Source of the DNA: Halobacteriovoraceae bacterium
GTDB lineage: Bacteria > Bdellovibrionota > Bacteriovoracia > Bacteriovoracales > Bacteriovoracaceae
Length of the DNA stretch: 64,000 nt
Assembly (NCBI GenBank): GCA_963719505.1
Contig: CAVRCF010000005.1
Location: forward strand, 448,001-512,000
Direction: 5' to 3'
The notes below the pieces were generated by a model. That model had not been told where the DNA came from and did no database searches. It was given only the letters and a program-made list of their open reading frames with translations. The position numbers and the translations under genes were made by a program. Of this stretch, positions 8,816-18,177 are shown piece after piece (the stretch's first letter is position 1; every line of letters starts with the position of its first letter).

Positions 8816-10762
8816 ATGACAATACTGGCGAATCTGCAAAATATATCTTTGGCCTTTGGACAAAAAATTCTTTTCTCCGAGGGAAACCTTACTCTAAGCT
8901 CGAGCGATAAAGTCGGACTCATTGGTCTCAATGGCCATGGCAAAAGTACCCTGCTCAAAATCATCATGGATATCACAAAGCCCGATACCACGAAGCCTCC
9001 GTTTATCTACGATAAAAGCTCTGAACTCGATATTTTATATATCCCTCAAGATATTGAGGTCGAAAAATACCCCGATCTCACTATTAATAACTTTTATTTG
9101 GCTTTTTACCCAAAACTTCACGAAACTTTTAAAAAGCTTTGGAAGATTGAAAGTGAACTCTCTCAAAGTATAGAGCTTGAGAAAAATATCAAACGCCAAG
9201 AGATCCTTCTGGAAGAACTAACAACAGGCGGAGTCTGGCAAGTCGAACAAGTTTATGAAAGTTATATCAAAAAGTTTGGTCTGATAGATAAAACCGATAT
9301 CACTATCCTCTCAGGTGGAGAAAAGAGAAAAATAGCTCTGGCCGCGGGACTTTCAACCAACGCAACTTTAGTTCTTTGGGATGAGCCAACCAACCACTTG
9401 GATATTGAAACCATTGAATACTTTGAAGATGAAATGATGAATTCTAATAAAGCATTTATTATGGTCTCTCACGACAGATACCTGCTTGGAAATATTTGTA
9501 ATAAAATTATTCATATCGATCGCGGTGAGATTATTCCCTTTTCTGGAAATTATCTGCAGTATATGGAATTTCTGGTGGAAAAAGAAAAGGACAGACTCAA
9601 ATCCCTGGATAGAGCAGAAAACCAGCATCGACGAGAGCTTGCATGGATGAGACAAGGAATTAAAGCCCGAGGGACGAGAAGTAAAAAAAGAGTTGAAGGC
9701 TACGAGAATCTTAAATCCGATATTTCGACTTTAAAATCTATGGCAAAAAAATCGGTTGACTTAGATCTCGCCCACTCGGGTCGAAAAACCAAGCAAATGG
9801 TAGAGATTAAGAAAGCCTCTTTCTCCTATGCTGATAAAGATATTATAATAGATCTCACTGTCAATATTTTTAAAAATGATAAGATTGCCCTCATTGGTAA
9901 AAATGGCCAGGGAAAGACAACTCTGATTAATCTTTTGAGAGGTCAGCTTGAGTTTACCAAAGGGACGATCAAAAGAGCAGAGGCTTTAGATATAAAAGTC
10001 TTCTCACAAAATAGAGATTCATTACCTCTGGATAAGACACCTTTTGAAATCATCGGAGATGGTCAGGACTTTGTTCATCTCCCCGATGGAAGAAATCAGC
10101 ATGTTAATGCCTATTTGGAGAACTTCCTTTTTCAATCAACAGAAATAAGACGACCTATAAATACCTTAAGTGGTGGTGAAAAAAATAGACTTCAGCTGGC
10201 TTTATTTATGAAAGAAGTTGCTGATGTTTGGGTTTTCGATGAGCCGACAAATGATCTCGATATTGAGACCATTGAAATTTTAGAATCAAGACTTCGCGAT
10301 TACAAAGGGGCCGTTATTATTATCTCTCACGACAGGGCTTTCTTAGATAATATTGTTAAAAGTACTTGGGTTCTCCACAATAAGAAACTAGAGGTTTTTC
10401 GAGGTGGATACACTCAAGTGGCCCCTTATCTTCAGGCCATCGAGATGGAAGCTGAGATGGGTGGAGTCGAAGAAGATGATGAAGACACAACTGAACAAGT
10501 TGTTGCAACTGGGCCACAGGCTCCAGTAGTAAAAATGAGTAATAAAGAAAAAATGAGATCGAAGGTTATTGAAAAAGAAATAGCGACGGCTGAGAAAAAC
10601 CTGGAAAAATTTGAAACAGCACTGGCCCAATTTGATTTTTCAAATATGACTGATGAGAAAAATTCTGAGTATGCAAAGCTTCAAGAAGATCAAAAGAAAT
10701 GGGAAAAGACGCTAGAGAATCTCTATGAAGAATGGGAAGATCTCAGTCACAAACAAGCCTAG
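8816..10762 (+). CDS. uup: ABC-F family ATPase (Uup-like)
   Basis: Two ABC domains (GLNGHGKST, LSGGE, DEPTN twice), linker ELAWMRQGIKARGT, C-terminal coiled coil, no TM segments. Confidence 0.85.
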   Translation: MTILANLQNISLAFGQKILFSEGNLTLSSSDKVGLIGLNGHGKSTLLKIIMDITKPDTTKPPFIYDKSSELDILYIPQDIEVEKYPDLTINNFYLAFYPKLHETFKKLWKIESELSQSIELEKNIKRQEILLEELTTGGVWQVEQVYESYIKKFGLIDKTDITILSGGEKRKIALAAGLSTNATLVLWDEPTNHLDIETIEYFEDEMMNSNKAFIMVSHDRYLLGNICNKIIHIDRGEIIPFSGNYLQYMEFLVEKEKDRLKSLDRAENQHRRELAWMRQGIKARGTRSKKRVEGYENLKSDISTLKSMAKKSVDLDLAHSGRKTKQMVEIKKASFSYADKDIIIDLTVNIFKNDKIALIGKNGQGKTTLINLLRGQLEFTKGTIKRAEALDIKVFSQNRDSLPLDKTPFEIIGDGQDFVHLPDGRNQHVNAYLENFLFQSTEIRRPINTLSGGEKNRLQLALFMKEVADVWVFDEPTNDLDIETIEILESRLRDYKGAVIIISHDRAFLDNIVKSTWVLHNKKLEVFRGGYTQVAPYLQAIEMEAEMGGVEEDDEDTTEQVVATGPQAPVVKMSNKEKMRSKVIEKEIATAEKNLEKFETALAQFDFSNMTDEKNSEYAKLQEDQKKWEKTLENLYEEWEDLSHKQA

Positions 10763-10771
10763 GAGAGACTT

Positions 10772-11545
10772 ATGATTAAAAGAGACAGTTTAGTAAAATA
10801 TCTCAATAAATATTTAAACATATACGATTTTCAAGACTACGGCCCCAATGGTCTTCATATTGAAGGCAAAGAAGAAATTAGAAAGGTGGCCTTTGCCGTT
10901 AGTGCCACAGCTTACTCTATCGAACAGGCGATCGCCCTTGGAGCAGATGCGCTTATCGTTCACCACGGACTTTTTTGGAAATTTCACGGGGTCCGAACAA
11001 TTAGCGGAGCTTTTGGAAAGAGAATAAAGCCTTTAATAAAAAATGATATTAATCTACTGTCCTATCACCTGCCTCTTGATGCTCATATGGAAATTGGAAA
11101 TGCTGCAGGTCTAGCAAGAAGACTTGAGCTTATCGACACGAAACCTTTTGGGGATCATAAAGGCAGTCCAACGGGAGTTAAAGGCAAACTGAAAACTCCT
11201 TTAAATGTCAGCGTTTTTGGAAATGCCCTTAAAGATATTCTCTCACACAATGTTATTGTGAGCACTTATGATAAAGAGGCGACTATTAAAACGGTAGGTA
11301 TTATTACTGGCGGGGCCAATTCAGACTGGATTCAAGCTAAAAGAGATGGTTTAGATGCTTATATAACAGGTGAAATCTCCGAGCACGACTGGCATGAGGC
11401 AAAAGAAAGTGAGATGCACTATTTTGCTGGAGGACATAATGCCACTGAGCAATTTGGAGTTCAGGACCTTATGAAACACCTTTATGAAAAGCACGAAAAA
11501 GATGGTGTGGAATTTTTCTATATTCCTTCAGATAACCCAGCTTAA
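10772..11545 (+). CDS. Nif3-like dinuclear metal-centre hexameric protein (YbgI family)
   Basis: DYGPNGL, VHHGLFW, YHLPLDAH, GHNATEQFG. Confidence 0.92.
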   Translation: MIKRDSLVKYLNKYLNIYDFQDYGPNGLHIEGKEEIRKVAFAVSATAYSIEQAIALGADALIVHHGLFWKFHGVRTISGAFGKRIKPLIKNDINLLSYHLPLDAHMEIGNAAGLARRLELIDTKPFGDHKGSPTGVKGKLKTPLNVSVFGNALKDILSHNVIVSTYDKEATIKTVGIITGGANSDWIQAKRDGLDAYITGEISEHDWHEAKESEMHYFAGGHNATEQFGVQDLMKHLYEKHEKDGVEFFYIPSDNPA

Positions 11546-11553
11546 TAAAAAGA

Positions 11554-11985
11554 CTACTCGCACTCAAGTTCTAGCGATTCTTTAGTGTCCCAGTTTGACA
11601 GTAGTTTCCCATAATAGATATTCCCTACTTTAAAAAGGTCTAGCACCTCTTCTGGTACATCGTGATCATTAAAATTTGAATAAGATATTGTTTTTTTATC
11701 AAAATTTAAGAAGTTTTGCGTTTCACAAAACGTGATGTCTCTGGGCTTATCCGCTCCAAAGCTTACCATCGATAAATGGGGAGTTTTTAAAGATTCAGTT
11801 AAACAACCGATCTGTTGCTCAAAAGCAGAAGCTTCACTTTTAAGAGAGATCTTTATTTTCTTTGTTTGAGCGTGAACAGCATACTTAGCTTCACCTTGAA
11901 TAACCTCATGATTTATAACTTTGCACGTAAGCTCAAAAGCCCAGCAAGTATTAGCGATAACCAATGATAAGAGTATAAAACGCAT
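11554..11985 (-). CDS. Hypothetical secreted protein
   Basis: N-terminal signal peptide; Cys near both ends; GGAG RBS. Confidence 0.65.
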   Translation of the reverse strand: MRFILLSLVIANTCWAFELTCKVINHEVIQGEAKYAVHAQTKKIKISLKSEASAFEQQIGCLTESLKTPHLSMVSFGADKPRDITFCETQNFLNFDKKTISYSNFNDHDVPEEVLDLFKVGNIYYGKLLSNWDTKESLELECE

Positions 11986-12048
11986 AAAAAGCTCCGTTGT
12001 TTTTGCCGTTTGTAATATAAACGCTCACCAAAGCCAATAGGTTTTCAT

Positions 12049-12732
12049 TCACCCTAAACTATTTATGTACTTACCAACTTTTGAAATGACTGGATAAGGT
12101 ATTTCATGAGCACCATCAAAAGAGACAAACTCCCCTTGCAAACGACATAGCTTTAGAGTCTCAAATAACTTCATGGCTTCATTATAATTTAAAACGGGGT
12201 CCATTTTGCCATGACTTTGGAAAAATGGCAGAGGTTTAGTGTTTTCTAAACAGTCTATGAGTCTGTCTTTTGAAAGAAGTGTTCCTGAAAATAAGATCAA
12301 ACCGATTTGTTTTTCAAAGTTCTGTCCCGTTATGTGGGAGCTCACCATTGCCCCTTGAGAAAATCCTCCAATGATTATTTCATCATAATTTTGACTTAAT
12401 TCATCAATAAAGGTTTTAACTTTGGGAAGGATATCGAAAAAGTCTTTTGGCTCTTTATCTTCAAACGATCTAAATTGGCCTGTCATCATCGCTTTTTGCA
12501 ACTCTTCCATATCGATGGGAAACCACGCTCTGCCCTCCATGCCACCCATGGGTATCGCCAGTGGTCCATTAGGAAAGATCCAGTCATAGCTTTGGTCAGT
12601 CTTAATGACGTCATAAAGACCTGCAAGATCGTGCATGCTCGCTCCATATCCATGAAGCATAAAGATAACTTTCTTATTATTTTCACCTCGTTTTATATAT
12701 TCGAGCCCTGATTTATTTTCAATTAAAGACAT
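12049..12732 (-). CDS. Phospholipase/carboxylesterase (alpha/beta hydrolase)
   Basis: LHGYGA, AWF, GGFSQGA nucleophile, HGKMDPV, GAHEI. Confidence 0.9.
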   Translation of the reverse strand: MSLIENKSGLEYIKRGENNKKVIFMLHGYGASMHDLAGLYDVIKTDQSYDWIFPNGPLAIPMGGMEGRAWFPIDMEELQKAMMTGQFRSFEDKEPKDFFDILPKVKTFIDELSQNYDEIIIGGFSQGAMVSSHITGQNFEKQIGLILFSGTLLSKDRLIDCLENTKPLPFFQSHGKMDPVLNYNEAMKLFETLKLCRLQGEFVSFDGAHEIPYPVISKVGKYINSLG

Positions 12733-12759
12733 AATCTAATTCCTTTTGTAAGATGCCCT

Positions 12760-13602
12760 ATGTTCTCAAAAATTTCACCAGGTGTGAAACATATATTAAT
12801 CGCGGGCTTTTTCTTTGGAATGATTAACGCAGGCGTTAAATATTTTTCAAATATTCCGGCCATAGAGATTGTCTTTTTTAGATCCATTGTCACTCTCATC
12901 CTCTCCTATATCATGATCAAAAAACTAAAGATCAAGATTATCAATAAACACTTTAGAACACTCTTCTTCAGAGGCTTATCCGGAGCAATTGCACTAAGTT
13001 TATACTTTTATTCTATTCAAAATATGCCACTGGCCACAGCTGTGACGATTCTCTACCTTGCCCCAGTATTTACAGTCATCTTGGCGATCCCAATGGTTGG
13101 TGAATACCCAAATAAAAAACAATGGCCATTTTTACTTTTAGGTTTCGTTGGAGCTGCACTAATGAAGGGCACCGATGTAAGAGTCTCTTTTACTCATTTT
13201 TTAATGGGTCTAACGGCTGCTCTGTTTGCTGGACTCGCTTATAACTTTATCAGGCAACTTAAAGGGAATGCTCATCATCAACTGATCATTTTCTTTTTTC
13301 CTCTGGTTACTTTGCCCATATGCATCCCCATGATGATCCCCATTTGGGTAACACCGAGTCCAACTGAGCTTATTGGACTCATTACTATTGGAGTCTTTAC
13401 TCAGATTGCACAGGTGCATATGACTAAAGCTTATCTTTTAGAAAAAGCCTCAAAGATCTCTCACTTTAATTATCTTACAGCTGCTTATGCCCTGATAATG
13501 GGATTTTTCTTTTTCAATGAATCAGTGAATCTTTTAAGTATTTGCGGATTAATTGTTATTGTGATTTCTGTTTATCTCACTACCAGATATAGTGACAAAT
13601 AA
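12760..13602 (+). CDS. DMT/EamA family transporter
   Basis: About 10 TM segments, duplicated EamA pattern (EIVFFRS; LATAVTILYLAPVF). Confidence 0.9.
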   Translation: MFSKISPGVKHILIAGFFFGMINAGVKYFSNIPAIEIVFFRSIVTLILSYIMIKKLKIKIINKHFRTLFFRGLSGAIALSLYFYSIQNMPLATAVTILYLAPVFTVILAIPMVGEYPNKKQWPFLLLGFVGAALMKGTDVRVSFTHFLMGLTAALFAGLAYNFIRQLKGNAHHQLIIFFFPLVTLPICIPMMIPIWVTPSPTELIGLITIGVFTQIAQVHMTKAYLLEKASKISHFNYLTAAYALIMGFFFFNESVNLLSICGLIVIVISVYLTTRYSDK

Positions 13603-13603
13603 A

Positions 13604-14185
13604 TTACTTCTTGGTCTTGGCCAAAAACTCTGAAATATATTTCTTAATAGTGAGAACTTCGTTTTTTAAAGCCGGAACTTTCTTATGAATTCTCGAAAGC
13701 ATTTGATTGACTTGATGATCCATTAATTTCGCATCGGTAATGTATTGCACAAGAAATTCTGTCTTGGCCTCTGCCACCGCAACTTTAACATCTGCTGCAT
13801 TTTGAACCTTTGACACTTGAGAACGAAGTTCTGCGATCTCATCTCTGAGCATATCTAATTCATCGGCATAGGACTCATCTACCGGTCTTGGGTTCTGCGC
13901 GGGTTGTGTTTGAGACTGAGGCTTCGCCTGAGCCACGGGTCTGGTTCTTTGAGCGTCTGAGATGTTTTTTACGTTTGAAGGCACAGCCTTTGGAACCTGT
14001 GCCACATGAGGCACTGGAGTTGGTTTTGGTATCGCTGGAGCGGCTTTTGGAGAAGGCTTCGCCTCACCACCACCGGCATCCTTTTTTACGTGCGCAGAGA
14101 AATCCAGATCGACATCAACATCGATTGCATCACTCTTTTCAATTTCTTCTTCCTCAAAAACGAGGTCCAAGTCTTCGATCGCCAA
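13604..14185 (-). CDS. Hypothetical protein (acidic N-terminus, Pro/Ala linker, coiled coil)
   Basis: TTG start with GAGG RBS; sigma-28-like promoter upstream. Confidence 0.65.
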   Translation of the reverse strand: MAIEDLDLVFEEEEIEKSDAIDVDVDLDFSAHVKKDAGGGEAKPSPKAAPAIPKPTPVPHVAQVPKAVPSNVKNISDAQRTRPVAQAKPQSQTQPAQNPRPVDESYADELDMLRDEIAELRSQVSKVQNAADVKVAVAEAKTEFLVQYITDAKLMDHQVNQMLSRIHKKVPALKNEVLTIKKYISEFLAKTKK

Positions 14186-14243
14186 GGCATTCCTCTTCGT
14201 CTACTCAGCATAAACTGAAATTAGGGACTATTCCCTACTGTGT

Positions 14244-14270
14244 TTATCGGACTATTTTCATAAATCTTTA
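14244..14270 (-). promoter_or_regulatory. Sigma-28 (FliA)-like promoter
   Basis: TAAAGATT-N11-TCCGATAA on the minus strand. Confidence 0.7.
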
Positions 14271-14350
14271 ATGAAAATGCTTAAACAAATTTTATTATAC
14301 GGATTTTATCTGCTATAATTACCGCTACATACATCCTAGAAGGTAATCAA

Positions 14351-14893
14351 ATGAGTAATGAAGAAGACGATAAGCCAACAGTTGTTTTAGATATTTCTGC
14401 TCTAAAAGAAGAATTAGCGCAAAAGAAAAACGTCAATGAAGCCATCGATCAAGAAATTGAATTCGCTATTCACGATGATACTGGATCAACTGAAATTGAT
14501 AGCGATGAGTTGTCTTTGGAAGATGAAATCTCTGAAGATGATCAAATTGTCTTTTTTGACTACTCTTCAACATACTTCTCAAAACTCGTTCCAAAGCTTC
14601 CTACAGAGGGGTTTGAGTTCAAAGTCATCAAAGAACTAAAGGATCTCAATGGCATTTTACAAAGTGGTGATGCCGTTAAAATCCTCTTTAACTATAGTGC
14701 TGCTCCTAAAGCGGTCAATCAGCTCACAACGCAAATTAAAGCTAAATTTCCAAATGCTAAAACGGTTATCGTCGCCAAAGGGCTGACACCAGATAAGGCT
14801 TCTGCCCATCAAAAATCCAAAGCCGGAGCGGATGCCTACTTGAATGTCCCATTTAGTGTTAAGCAATTTAAAAGTGCGATGAATTCGATTTAG
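14351..14893 (+). CDS. Hypothetical protein with degenerate receiver-like C-terminal domain
   Basis: Acidic N-terminus; C-terminal ...KAGADAYLNVPFS resembles a REC domain end (GAxxYxxKPF) but lacks the conserved Lys. Confidence 0.6.
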   Translation: MSNEEDDKPTVVLDISALKEELAQKKNVNEAIDQEIEFAIHDDTGSTEIDSDELSLEDEISEDDQIVFFDYSSTYFSKLVPKLPTEGFEFKVIKELKDLNGILQSGDAVKILFNYSAAPKAVNQLTTQIKAKFPNAKTVIVAKGLTPDKASAHQKSKAGADAYLNVPFSVKQFKSAMNSI

Positions 14894-14908
14894 AAGGGAA
14901 ACCTTAGC

Positions 14909-14938
14909 AATAAATGGCTCCCTAAGAAGCCATTTATT
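14909..14938 (+). terminator. Inverted repeat, probable terminator
   Basis: AATAAATGGCT-N8-AGCCATTTATT just after the stop codon. Confidence 0.5.
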
Positions 14939-15141
14939 ACTGGGAGGCACTAAAGAGGTCAAAAGCAACTAAAACCCCTTTAATCTTGAATATGAGTGTA
15001 CATTGAGCCCGATATTAAATAAATCCGGAAATTTTACAAAATCCAATATCCCCACGATTTTCAAAACTTAACGACCCGCAGATGATATTTAATTTAAGTT
15101 GACAGTAATGGTACGAAATTGACATGATTTCATCTACATAG

Positions 15142-16866
15142 ATGGAGATTTCAATGAAAACAGTGCTTTATATCGTGGCAATTTTTAGCCTCGTTACAAT
15201 AAAAAATGTTTACTCGCAAGATTGGACGATGAACGCTACTTTGCCAGGTGTGGAGAGATGTAATGAACATAATGGGCATAAAGTTTGCTTAAAAAATGGA
15301 AACAGACAAAACATCTATAAACTTACTGATAATGAGCTCGCTACCTACCTCGAAGAAGGGGGACGACATGTCTTATCCTATCCCGTTGAGGTCACTCCTT
15401 TACAAATACCCTACGCCTCATTAAAGAAATTTTTTAATTCAGAAACCAATAGTCCCCTTAGACGATTTTTCTACTCTATAGCAAAAGAGCTGACTTCTTT
15501 TAGAAATATTGGTGATCTCTATAATCAAATAGGTCTTCATCAGTACCCGGAGTATGAAATTCAAAGAGGACCAAATCTTATTCCCAATATGGGAAGTCTA
15601 GAAAGTGAATCTATGGGAGCAACTATTTTTGGAAAAGAAAATGCCCGAGGCCTCACCTTTAGCTGTGCCGCTTGCCATAGTGCCAACCTGTTTGGAAAAA
15701 AGATTGTGGGTCTCACAAATAGATTTCCAAGGGCCAATGAGTTTTTTCACCTTGGCCAAAAAATTTTAAAAAACACACCTGCTCTCCTCTACCGCTCTGT
15801 CATTGGTGCAAGTGATGATGAGATGAAATTATTTAAAGAATCAAAAGCTGCAATTAAGGCTATTGGCATAAAGAAGCCCATTGTTCTTGGACTGGATACT
15901 TCCTTAGCTCAAGTAGGACTTTCTTTGGCCAAAAGAAATCAAGACGAATACGCGACCTTTAGTTCAAAATATCAAAGGCGACCAAGGGCCAGTGGTTTTG
16001 ATAAGAATCCTGCAGATTCAAAACCTGCAGTTTGGTGGAACACAAAATACAAAACCAAATGGCTAAGTGATGGCTCCATTATTTCTGGAAATCCCATCCA
16101 CACGAACTTTTTATGGAATGAAATTGGCCGAGGTGTTGATCTTAAAAAACTTGAGAACTGGCTTGTCGATAATAAAAATAAAGTCGATGAATTGACCAGT
16201 TATGTTTTCAACACAGAAGCACCCAAGTATAACGAGTTTTTTCCAAGAAGAATTAAAATTGATCGAGCTCAAAGAGGTGAGAAACTTTTCTTAAAGACTT
16301 GTTCAGGCTGTCACGGTGTCTATACCAAAGGATGGGATGAAACTGAAGACTATGAAAAGGCCATCGCCACCACAAAAGTTTGGTATCATAAAACAACTCC
16401 AGTGATCGACGTAGGAACAGATCCCCTGCGCTACGAGGGAATGAAGTATTTCGCTGATGATCTAAATAATTTAAAAATATCTAAAAGTATCAAGACCGTC
16501 GTTAAGGCGCAAAAAGGATATGTTCCTCCTCCACTCGTTGGAATATGGGCACGGTGGCCGTACTTTCATAATAACTCGGCACCGACACTTTACGATGTCA
16601 TAACTCCAGATTTTAAGAGGCCAAAAAGCTATATCGCTGTGGAAAGTATTGATCCTAAAACGGATTTTGATTTTGTAAAAAATGGATACCCTCACCCAAG
16701 CAAAATAAAAGAGCCATTTAAGAGTAAAAGAAAATATCGTTATAATACAAAAATCAGAGGTCTCTCTAATACGGGTCACACTTCAATGCTTGTTGATTCA
16801 AATGGACAGGAAAAAATGACCGAAGATGAGAAGCTAGACCTTATTGAATTTCTAAAGACTTTATAG
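15142..16866 (+). CDS. Exported di-heme cytochrome c, RoxA-like / bCcP-MauG superfamily
   Basis: Signal peptide; CAACH and CSGCH; PPLVGIWARWPYFHNNSAPTL; SNTGH; LIEFLKTL end. Confidence 0.8.
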   Translation: MEISMKTVLYIVAIFSLVTIKNVYSQDWTMNATLPGVERCNEHNGHKVCLKNGNRQNIYKLTDNELATYLEEGGRHVLSYPVEVTPLQIPYASLKKFFNSETNSPLRRFFYSIAKELTSFRNIGDLYNQIGLHQYPEYEIQRGPNLIPNMGSLESESMGATIFGKENARGLTFSCAACHSANLFGKKIVGLTNRFPRANEFFHLGQKILKNTPALLYRSVIGASDDEMKLFKESKAAIKAIGIKKPIVLGLDTSLAQVGLSLAKRNQDEYATFSSKYQRRPRASGFDKNPADSKPAVWWNTKYKTKWLSDGSIISGNPIHTNFLWNEIGRGVDLKKLENWLVDNKNKVDELTSYVFNTEAPKYNEFFPRRIKIDRAQRGEKLFLKTCSGCHGVYTKGWDETEDYEKAIATTKVWYHKTTPVIDVGTDPLRYEGMKYFADDLNNLKISKSIKTVVKAQKGYVPPPLVGIWARWPYFHNNSAPTLYDVITPDFKRPKSYIAVESIDPKTDFDFVKNGYPHPSKIKEPFKSKRKYRYNTKIRGLSNTGHTSMLVDSNGQEKMTEDEKLDLIEFLKTL

Positions 16867-18136
16867 CCTTATCTAATTCGCTTGTTATGCCACTATTAAG
16901 AAGGGCTTTAATAGCGAAAGAAAATTTCTCTTTTTTAAGGGCTTTGGCTTTTTCCACTGACGTCTTGATAAAGCTTTGAATCTCACCTTTTTCAACTCCT
17001 AAAATATAGAAGGTTTTGATGTCAGCATCCTGAGGTATAGTCTGCAAGGCTTCAGGACCACCTGACAAAATAAAATCCAAAAGAATTATATACCGTCCAA
17101 AGTTTTTAATTTCCTCTGCTTTTTGTAATCTCATCCCAAGCTTATTAACGAAATAGCCTCGGTGATACCGTGATCCCATCTGCATTTTTGCCATTTTTAT
17201 GACTGTAGCGATCTCTTCTTTTTCATAGGGCGTATTAAGATTTTTAATAAATTCAGTGGAAGATTTCTCAATAATAGTTAAAGACAATGTATCGATATAC
17301 TTGGCATACCCTTCTTTAAAATTTCGAGATTTAAAGTCTTTAAAGCTTTTACAAAGATTTTTCTCAATCTCAATTAGACATTTGTCAGCAAGAACGTAGA
17401 GGCCTAAAGAGTCTTGAATCTTTTCTATTTTTTCCTCTTTTAGCAGTTTTTTTTCTTTGGCTTCCTCAATGGCTTTTTGCTGATTAAGCTCTACTAGTTT
17501 TTGTGCTTCAAGTTTTTGCTTTGCAATGGTGGCTTGAAGAATTTTATCTTGCTCTTCTTTATAATGTTTGTAGTAAAAAAACGAGCCGATGATAACAAAG
17601 AGAAGGAAAATTAAAATCTGCTGATTCCGATCGGCTTTCTTGGCAACCTTCACTGGTCTTTTGGCGTTTCTTTTTCTTTTTCTCTCAACTCTCTCTGTTG
17701 GAGCTTCTTTTTCAAGGATTCGAGAAGCGTCTTGAGTCACAGTTCCAGCTGAGTCTGGAATATAAATATTTTTGTTAATCTTCTTCTCAGGAGCACTTTC
17801 AGGAGCGCTCTCGTCTTCTTCGTCCTCATCAACAGGAATTTCTTCATCTAATAGATAGAGAAGAACATGGGTTCCAAGTCTTATAGGAAAAAAAGTATTA
17901 AAAGGAGTACCAGCTTTTGGCTTGAGCATCTGTTCATTGAGATATGATCCCTCTTTAGAGCCCATATCAACAAAGTAGTACTCTCCACCTTTAGATATTA
18001 CTTTTGCATGTAGTCTTGAGATAGATTGATCATTGATTACTAGATCACATTGATCAGACTTCCCGATACTAACGGACTTCATCCCTTCAAAGGGATGAAG
18101 GGATTCTTCGCCGTTAATTTCTAGCTTTAAGTACAT
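16841..18136 (-). CDS. Membrane-anchored FHA-domain protein
   Basis: N-terminal FHA (IGKS...ISRLHA...DMGSKEGSY), acidic linker, one TM segment, periplasmic domain. Confidence 0.8.
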   Translation of the reverse strand: MYLKLEINGEESLHPFEGMKSVSIGKSDQCDLVINDQSISRLHAKVISKGGEYYFVDMGSKEGSYLNEQMLKPKAGTPFNTFFPIRLGTHVLLYLLDEEIPVDEDEEDESAPESAPEKKINKNIYIPDSAGTVTQDASRILEKEAPTERVERKRKRNAKRPVKVAKKADRNQQILIFLLFVIIGSFFYYKHYKEEQDKILQATIAKQKLEAQKLVELNQQKAIEEAKEKKLLKEEKIEKIQDSLGLYVLADKCLIEIEKNLCKSFKDFKSRNFKEGYAKYIDTLSLTIIEKSSTEFIKNLNTPYEKEEIATVIKMAKMQMGSRYHRGYFVNKLGMRLQKAEEIKNFGRYIILLDFILSGGPEALQTIPQDADIKTFYILGVEKGEIQSFIKTSVEKAKALKKEKFSFAIKALLNSGITSELDKAIKSLEIQ

Positions 18137-18177
18137 ATTATAAGTATAAGCTACTCAAATTTTAATTCAACTAGTTA

